Made by a program: the position numbers and the translations under genes. From Patescibacteria group bacterium UBA4787 (GTDB lineage Bacteria > Patescibacteriota > Patescibacteriia > UBA2591 > UBA4787), in NCBI GenBank assembly GCA_002402995.1, contig DHGX01000001.1:85625-149624 (forward strand): a stretch of 64,000 nucleotides of DNA. The letters are read 5' to 3'. This document shows positions 57,294 through 64,000 of this stretch, in pieces (positions within the stretch are counted from its first letter, which is position 1; each line of letters starts with the position of its first letter). The notes beneath the pieces were generated by a model. That model ran no database searches. It was not told the DNA's origin and saw only the letters and a list, made by a program, of their open reading frames with translations.

Positions 57294-58130
57294 ATGTATA
57301 TTATTAAGGCCGATGGAAAACGTGAACGTTTTAATGCGAGAAAAATTCTGCGCACTTGTTTGCGTGCCGGCGCTGATCGAATATCGGCCAACGAGGTAAC
57401 GAATCGCATTAACCAAGAGGTGCGTGAAGGAATGACCACGCGCGAGATTTTACAACGCACGCTTTCTTATTTGAACGCAATTAATCCTGCGGTGGCTGCT
57501 AAATATTCTTTAAAAGATTCTATGTTCAAATTGGGTCCGGCTGGTTTCCAGTTCGAACAATTTTTATTAAGGATTTTTCAGGAATACGGATACCGAACAA
57601 AACATTCTCAAATTATTCAAGGCGCTTGCGTTAAACACGAAATAGATATTGTATTATTCTCAAAAAATATTTATTCAACAGTGGAATGCAAATATCATAA
57701 CTCTCCCGGCGTTTATACCGGCATTAAAGATGTACTTTATGTTTGGGCCAGATTTTTAGACCTGCGCGACGGTTACAAGAAAGGACTGTGCGCTAATTTT
57801 AAAGAAGCGTGGCTGGCTTCTAATACCAAGTTTTCCGACTGGACGATTCAATATGCTGAGTGTAAAAAAATGAAGCTTTTGGGTTGGAATTGGCCGGTCG
57901 AAGGAGGCCTGGAGAAATTAATTGAAAACAAAAAACTTTATCCAATCACAATTATCCCTAATTTGGAACCCGATCTTCGGGCAAGGTTCGTTAAAGCAAA
58001 TATTATATTGTGTCGTGACTTGGTTTCTTATGATTCAACTCGCCTATTATCTGTGGCCAAAGTTAAAGCCAGTCGTCTAAAAGATATAATTTCGTTGGCC
58101 GATCAGATATTGAATCATTCTAATTATTAA
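57294..58130 (+). CDS. ATP-cone plus Mrr-like restriction endonuclease domain protein
   Basis: IIKADGKRERF (ATP-cone), LGPAGFQFE, HEIDIV, VECKYH, TNTKF-like motif, LYPIT. Confidence 0.85.
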   Translation: MYIIKADGKRERFNARKILRTCLRAGADRISANEVTNRINQEVREGMTTREILQRTLSYLNAINPAVAAKYSLKDSMFKLGPAGFQFEQFLLRIFQEYGYRTKHSQIIQGACVKHEIDIVLFSKNIYSTVECKYHNSPGVYTGIKDVLYVWARFLDLRDGYKKGLCANFKEAWLASNTKFSDWTIQYAECKKMKLLGWNWPVEGGLEKLIENKKLYPITIIPNLEPDLRARFVKANIILCRDLVSYDSTRLLSVAKVKASRLKDIISLADQILNHSNY

Positions 58131-58298
58131 AAATTTGAATAAATTTATTTGTGAGCAAGCGAGGGAAAAGCAAATGAATTTGCTTTTCCGAGCGAGCGAA
58201 ACAAACACAGGGTTAATAGTTTGACGTTTGCATAAGTTGACGCATAGAGCACGCTCTGTGCGGGCATCAAGCTTGCCCCGTGGTAAACACCTTTATAT

Positions 58299-59981
58299 AT
58301 GGATAATTCAACAAGCAAAATTAAATTAACCGAGGAAGAGGGAGCGGCAAAATTACAGGAAAAATTAAAAACAATTAGTAGTAAGGGCGAAGAAGAGGAA
58401 GTAGAAGAAAAAGCCCGTTTTGCCGGTTTAAGTTATGTCAACTTGGTTCGTTTTCCGATTGCGCCGGAAGCCCTATCTCTATTGACCCCAGAAGACGCTT
58501 TAAAATATCACGCCATTTGTTTTTATGCCGGCGAGCGAGACGCCAAGATTGGTTTTGTAAAAGCCGAAGACCAGACTGTCAAAGAAGTTAAAGAAATGAT
58601 TGAATCCATTTACCGCCTTAAATTAGAAGTTTTTTTAATTTCTCAGACAAGTTTCGATTACGGATATAAATTATACGCTTCTTTGCCCAAGGTTAGTAAA
58701 TTTGCTACAGGCGTGGAAATCACCGAAGAGAATTTGAAAAAATACCAAGTTGCCATCAAAACTTTCCGCGACTTGGACCAAAAAATTAAAGAAGTTTCTA
58801 TTTCCGACATTATTATTTTAATAATGGCTGCTTCTTTGCAATCTAGAAGCTCGGATATCCATATTGAGGCTGAAGAAGCAGACATTAAAATTAGATTTCG
58901 CGTAGACGGTGTTTTAATTGACGTAGCTTCTTTGCCGAAATCTTTTTGGAAACAAGTAGTCACTAGAATCAAATTGCTTTCCGGATTGAAAATCAATATT
59001 ATTGATAAACCGCAAGATGGCCGTTTTACGATTCATTTGTCTAACGAGAGTATTGATGTTCGTGTTTCTTGTTTGCCGACTGCTTTCGGGGAAAGCGTGG
59101 TGATGAGAATCTTGCGTTCGTCTTCAACCGGGCTTTCTTTTGACAATTTAGGTCTTCGCGGTACGGTTTACGAAAAATTGAAACAAGAAGTAGAGCGACC
59201 AAACGGCATGGTTATTACTACTGGCCCCACAGGTTCAGGTAAAACTACAACGCTATACGCGATTTTGAATAAAATTAATGATCCGGAGACAAAAATTATC
59301 ACACTAGAAGATCCCGTGGAATATCAACTGAAGGGTATTAATCAAAGTCAGGTTGATCCCAGTCGCAATTATACTTTCGCCGCGGGCTTAAGATCTATTT
59401 TGCGCCAAGATCCGGACGTAGTAATGGTTGGAGAAATTCGCGACCTAGAAACAGCAGAGATTGCTATCCAGGCGGCTCTAACTGGCCACTTAGTAATTTC
59501 GACTTTACATACTAATGATGCGGCTGGCGCTCTTCCGCGTTTTTTGTCTATGGGGGTCAAGCCATATCTATTAGCGCCGGCGATTAACGCGATTATTGGT
59601 CAGCGTTTGGTGCGGCGTATTTGCGAACACTGCAAAGAAGAAATGATTTTGTCGCCAGAAGTTTTAGAAAAAGCTAAAAAAACACTTTCAGACATTCCTT
59701 TTGTGTCCGGCGTGAAAGTTGATTTAAACACTCTTAAATTTTATCATGGTTTGGGTTGCGACGAATGCCAGGGTTTGGGTTATAAAGGACGTATAGGCAT
59801 TTATGAAGTTTTTAATATGAACGCGGAAATCGAAAAAGTGATTGTTGGCGGAGAAGTAAGCGAGTATTTAATACGCGATTTAGCTAAAAAACAGGGTATG
59901 TTGACTATGGCGCAAGACGGTATTCTAAAAGCCATAGAAGGTATCACCACCGTAGAAGAAGTTTTCCGTGTTACCGAGTAA
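58299..59981 (+). CDS. GspE/PilB family type IV pilus assembly ATPase
   Basis: SDIHIE, PQDGRF, GPTGSGKTTTLY, LEDPVEY, LRQDPD, TGHLVISTLHTN, CxxC..CxxC. Confidence 0.93.
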   Translation: MDNSTSKIKLTEEEGAAKLQEKLKTISSKGEEEEVEEKARFAGLSYVNLVRFPIAPEALSLLTPEDALKYHAICFYAGERDAKIGFVKAEDQTVKEVKEMIESIYRLKLEVFLISQTSFDYGYKLYASLPKVSKFATGVEITEENLKKYQVAIKTFRDLDQKIKEVSISDIIILIMAASLQSRSSDIHIEAEEADIKIRFRVDGVLIDVASLPKSFWKQVVTRIKLLSGLKINIIDKPQDGRFTIHLSNESIDVRVSCLPTAFGESVVMRILRSSSTGLSFDNLGLRGTVYEKLKQEVERPNGMVITTGPTGSGKTTTLYAILNKINDPETKIITLEDPVEYQLKGINQSQVDPSRNYTFAAGLRSILRQDPDVVMVGEIRDLETAEIAIQAALTGHLVISTLHTNDAAGALPRFLSMGVKPYLLAPAINAIIGQRLVRRICEHCKEEMILSPEVLEKAKKTLSDIPFVSGVKVDLNTLKFYHGLGCDECQGLGYKGRIGIYEVFNMNAEIEKVIVGGEVSEYLIRDLAKKQGMLTMAQDGILKAIEGITTVEEVFRVTE

Positions 59982-60143
59982 CGCACTTGACTCTTCAATA
60001 AGAAATAGGATAGAATTATCTTATTGATAAATAGCACTTTTAAAAATTCACCCCGTTAAATCCTATAGAGTAGGAATTCCGACTAAAGTCGCAATTATTT
60101 AACAAGGGTAAATAAAAATTCTCAAAAAAAGGAGGATTCTAAA

Positions 60144-61008
60144 ATGAGGCGTAAAGACTGTGACAGCAAGAATGGTCTGCTTCTGCCATCAGAAGAGCTT
60201 ATTAAGGATAACATCTATCTGATCCAGGGTGTTTTGGAAATCGACATGTTCGGCTATCCTGATGAAGATGGTAATTATGTTCGCTACGACGAATGCTCGT
60301 TGCATTATGTCCGCGACAAGCTTCTACTCTACTGGATGAAGTTGATGAAAGGTGAGCTCAAGCTCGAGGACGAGGAAAGGCGTCCGCTTGTTATCGTCAT
60401 CGATTCACCTGGTGGTAACGTGGCCAGCATGTTCCAGGTTTACGACATCATGCAGAATTTGATAGGCATGGGTATCAAGATTTATACTGTCGGTTTGAGC
60501 CTGTGTGCTTCCGGCGGCGCTTTTCTTCTGATGTCAGGCACTAAGGGTTGCCGCTTTGTTCTGCCGCATACTCGCGTGATGTTGCATCTGGCCCGTCAGT
60601 CTTCCTCCGCAACGCCCGAAGGGGCCTCTGCCTCTCCCGCCGACCCCGTCCGTATCCCAGGGAGAAGCTTTAGAGGAAGACCAGGAAGATCGACTAAGAT
60701 TGTATGAAGAGCAGAAGCGAGTGTATGAAGAGACACTAAAAATAGCCGCTCGTAAGCGTAAACAGAAGGAAGAAGCGGACAAAGAAGCTTTGGCTGAATT
60801 CAGGCGCGTTCAAGAGAAGCTGGTAGATCTCATCATGAAGCACTGCAAAAACGGCGATCAGTCAAGTCGGTCGATCGTTCGGAGCGAGATGGCCAAAAAG
60901 GATTTTTGGTTCGAAGATCAGAAAACAGTTGACTACGGAATCGTCGACCATATCCTTTCGCCAGAAAACGCTCAAGAAATAACCGGATTGCCTCCGAAGG
61001 CTTCCTAG
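60144..61008 (+). pseudogene. clpP: Divergent ClpP protease split by a 1-nt frameshift near 60590 (pseudogene, recoding or sequencing error)
   Basis: IDSPGG, LCASGGAFLL (Ser), RVMLH (His) in ORF 1; KKDFWF..YGIVDHIL (Asp) in ORF 2; ORF 2 frame is open from ~60580. Confidence 0.8.
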
Positions 61009-61052
61009 CCTAAATCTGTTCCTGACCCAACTTTTCCGAAAAAGTAACAAAA

Positions 61053-61088
61053 TAAAATCACCGATTTATAATAAATCGGTGATTTTTC
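61053..61088. terminator. Bidirectional terminator between clpP and valS
   Basis: AAAATCACCGATTTAT-A-ATAAATCGGTGATTTT. Confidence 0.8.
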
Positions 61089-61102
61089 TGTTAAATTTAA
61101 TT

Positions 61103-63523
61103 TTATTCACGGATTTTGATTTTGACATTTTCAATCTCAATTTCTTCTCTGGTTTGCTCTGCTACTTCTGACGAGATATTTACTTTGGCCAATTTATTGA
61201 TAATTTTCGCATATTCTAGGACATCTCTATCTTCGATAGAGATGTTTAATATTTTATTGTTTTCTATCTTATTGGTTGTGCGATAATTTCTGATACCGGC
61301 GATGATATTTTTTAATTTTTCAAATTCCGAAACAATTTTTTCGTTAATAAATCTTTTCTCGATTTTCGGCCACCTATCGATCATCAATAAATTTTCTGAC
61401 TTTTCTAAATTTATTTTATCTTTTAGGTTTTGGTAAATAGTTTCCGTCACAAAAGGCGCGAACGGATGGATTAAGCACAGTATATTTTTTAAAAGATATT
61501 TCAAAATGACCAAAGTATTGGCTTTCATCTCCGGCGTTGCGTCTTCAGCCACCTGAGTTTTGCTGATTTCCAAATACCAATCGGCAAATTCGTGCCAGAC
61601 AAAATCGTAAATTTTATGGCCAGCTTCTCCGAATTCGCAATTGTCTATATTTTTAGTTACTTCGCTAATAATTTCATTTAGGCGAGAGAGTATCCATTCG
61701 TCAACCAAGGTAATGGGTTCTATTTTTGTTTTGGGCAGATTGGCGTTATTGTCAATGTTCATTTCTATGAAGCGGGCGATATTCCAAAGTTTATTGATAA
61801 AATTGCGGCAGGCCAAAATTGTTTGTTCGTCGAATTTAATGGCCTGTTGGTCGCGGTTAGTCATATACATCAAACCAAAACGCGTGGCGTCGGATCCGTA
61901 TTTATTGATTAGTTCCAATGGATCAATGCCCGTACCTAAAGATTTGCTCATTCGCCGGCCCTCAACATTCAAAACAGTGGCATGAATGTAAACAGTTTCA
62001 AAAGGAATTTCTTTCATAAATTCCAAAGAAGAAAAAATCATTCTAGCTACCCACAAGAAAATAATATCCTTGGCCGTGGTTAAAAATGACGTAGGATAAA
62101 ATTCTTTTAGGTTTTTGGTTTTTTCCGGCCAGCCTAAAGCGGCGAACGGCCATAAAGCGGAAGAAAACCAAGTGTCCAACGTGTCTTCGTCTTGAATAAT
62201 ATTATTTGAGTCGCAATGCGGGCACTTATTCGGTTTGGTTTGGGAAACAATAGCTTCGCTTTTACAATCGCTACAATAATAAACTGGAATCCTGTGTCCC
62301 CACCATAATTGACGCGAGATGCACCAATCATCAATATTTTCCATCCAATTAATTAAAATATCGTGATAGCGTTCAGGCACGACTTTAACTTTGCCAGATT
62401 TAACCGCTTTAATGGCCGGTTTGATCAATTCGTCCATGCGCACAAACCATTGCTCGGAAATAATTGGCTCAATCGTCGTGCTGCAGCGGTCGCAATATCC
62501 GATTGAATGTTCGTAGTCTTCTATTTTATCCAACAATCCTTGTTGTTCTAAGAGTTTTACTATTTTTTCGCGCGCTTCTATGGTGGTTAGGCCTTCAAAG
62601 TCTTCGCCCGCTTCCTTGGTCATTTTCGCATCAGTGCCAATCACGTTAATAATGTCCAATTTATTAGTTTTTCCAATCTGCCAATCAACTTTATCGTGAG
62701 CCGGCGTTATTTTTACTGCGCCGGTGCCGAAAGTCATATCAATCTTATGGTCAGCCACAAATTTTATTTTGCGGTTAACGACAGGTAAGATAATGGTTTT
62801 GTCTAATAAATTTTTATATCTTTCGTCGTTGGGATTAATTGCCACGGCTGTATCGCCGAGCATGGTTTCCGGTCGGGTGGTGGCAACTGTCACATAACCA
62901 GAGTCATCTTCATAAGGATATTTGATATACCAAAGTTTAGTTTTTTCGGGTTTATATTTTACTTCTAAGTCGGAAATAGCGCTGTTGCAACGCGGGCACC
63001 AATTAACGATGCGTGGCCCTTTATAGATATAGCCCTTTTTCCAATAATTAACGAAAGCCTCAAAAACTGCTTGCGAATATTTTTCATCAAGCGTGAATCT
63101 CTGGCGCGACCAATCGCAAGAGCAGCCTAAAAGTTTGAGCTGGCTAACAATCAAACCGCCATATTCTTTAACCCATTGCCAAACTCGTTCAATAAATTTC
63201 TCTCGGCCCAACTGATGTCGGTTAGTTCCCTCTTTGACAAGCTGTTTTTCCACTACATTTTGCGTGGCAATACCCGCATGATCGGTGCCGGGCATCCAAA
63301 GCGTTTGGAAGCCCTGCATTCTTTTGAATCTGATTAATAAATCTTGAATCGTGTTATCCAGAGCGTGTCCCATATGCAGAGATCCGGTAACATTTGGCGG
63401 GGGGATCATAACCACATATTTTTTTTTGCAATTTTTTAAATTATCCGGGTTAAAAAATCCACTTTCTTCCCAAAGCTTATAGATTTTTTCTTCATTTTGT
63501 TTCGGCTCGTAAATTTTATCCAT
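61103..63523 (-). CDS. valS: Valine--tRNA ligase, C-terminal arm shortened
   Basis: PPPNVTGSLHMGH, GTDHAGIATQ, ATTRPET, DWCISRQLWWGHRIP, DTWFSS, RMSKS. Confidence 0.97.
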   Translation of the reverse strand: MDKIYEPKQNEEKIYKLWEESGFFNPDNLKNCKKKYVVMIPPPNVTGSLHMGHALDNTIQDLLIRFKRMQGFQTLWMPGTDHAGIATQNVVEKQLVKEGTNRHQLGREKFIERVWQWVKEYGGLIVSQLKLLGCSCDWSRQRFTLDEKYSQAVFEAFVNYWKKGYIYKGPRIVNWCPRCNSAISDLEVKYKPEKTKLWYIKYPYEDDSGYVTVATTRPETMLGDTAVAINPNDERYKNLLDKTIILPVVNRKIKFVADHKIDMTFGTGAVKITPAHDKVDWQIGKTNKLDIINVIGTDAKMTKEAGEDFEGLTTIEAREKIVKLLEQQGLLDKIEDYEHSIGYCDRCSTTIEPIISEQWFVRMDELIKPAIKAVKSGKVKVVPERYHDILINWMENIDDWCISRQLWWGHRIPVYYCSDCKSEAIVSQTKPNKCPHCDSNNIIQDEDTLDTWFSSALWPFAALGWPEKTKNLKEFYPTSFLTTAKDIIFLWVARMIFSSLEFMKEIPFETVYIHATVLNVEGRRMSKSLGTGIDPLELINKYGSDATRFGLMYMTNRDQQAIKFDEQTILACRNFINKLWNIARFIEMNIDNNANLPKTKIEPITLVDEWILSRLNEIISEVTKNIDNCEFGEAGHKIYDFVWHEFADWYLEISKTQVAEDATPEMKANTLVILKYLLKNILCLIHPFAPFVTETIYQNLKDKINLEKSENLLMIDRWPKIEKRFINEKIVSEFEKLKNIIAGIRNYRTTNKIENNKILNISIEDRDVLEYAKIINKLAKVNISSEVAEQTREEIEIENVKIKIRE

Positions 63524-63911
63524 ATTTATAGATTTTATAATTGGCGAGCGGAGGAATAGACAAATTTTTTTGTCTGATTCCGTAGCGAGTCAATTTCACG
63601 CGCAAAGCAAGTATATTCTATATTACTTTTTTTGGTTTGACAATTCTTCATGTCACTCCTTCAGAGATTGACAAATGGCAAATTTTTTGATTTAATCTTA
63701 TCAGCAAAAAGAAAATTTAAAATTATTTATTGATGTGGCGACCGCGCCCGATACGTATTCGTCAACTTGTGTAATCACCACCCAATAGATTTTGGTGGTT
63801 TGAGCTGTTTGTTTAAAAATAAGACGCCTCTCCAAAAGTGGAGAGATGTTTTTTATTTGATTTAATTCTTTGAAGCTTCGCTTTGTCAGTTGGCGAATCA
63901 AACTCCAAGAT

Positions 63912-64000
63912 TTACTTCAGTAATTCCAACGCCTTGTCCAGTTGCGGGTCTTTCTTTTCTTCTAAGTCTTTATCGGTTATTTTAACTTCAATGTCCGGCT
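63912..64000 (-). CDS. C-terminus of an S41 family carboxy-terminal protease (CtpA-like), truncated by window edge
   Basis: Translates PDIEVKITDKDLEEKKDPQLDKALELLK*. Confidence 0.75.
   Translation of the reverse strand, partial: PDIEVKITDKDLEEKKDPQLDKALELLK

Noticed and set aside
63701-63901. 66-aa minus-strand ORF after the CtpA-like gene
   Set aside because: Alternative start, no SD or motif; cannot be supported as a gene.

Overview
AT-rich bacterial chromosome segment that looks like Patescibacteria/Parcubacteria (CPR): divergent stand-alone 16S rRNA gene, short SMC, AspRS lacking the GAD domain, and mostly SD-less core genes. Housekeeping genes (murD, ftsW, nusA, tig, aspS, ftsX, lspA, rbfA, tyrS, rpsP, trmD, smc, rnc, nusB, rpmF, dnaA, pilB/gspE, valS) and five tRNAs are mixed with more GC-rich accessory genes. 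Main highlights: (1) a complete but rearranged Pup/UBact-type proteasome locus at 6.4-14.9 kb (arc-dop-prcB-prcA-modifier-pafA-pafA) with a modifier ending REGQ and a duplicated ligase; (2) two independent 'Russian-doll' tRNA loci, where an intact tRNA flanked by inverted repeats sits inside the anticodon loop of a degenerate tRNA of the same type; (3) an rRNA-type boxA-like motif plus strong SD upstream of most accessory genes; (4) a probable remote DGR target gene; (5) several families of miniature inverted-repeat elements, some inserted exactly at start codons; (6) a Zn-ribbon insertion in TyrRS and a frameshifted ClpP with a large insertion. All calls come from reading the sequence by eye; no searches were run.
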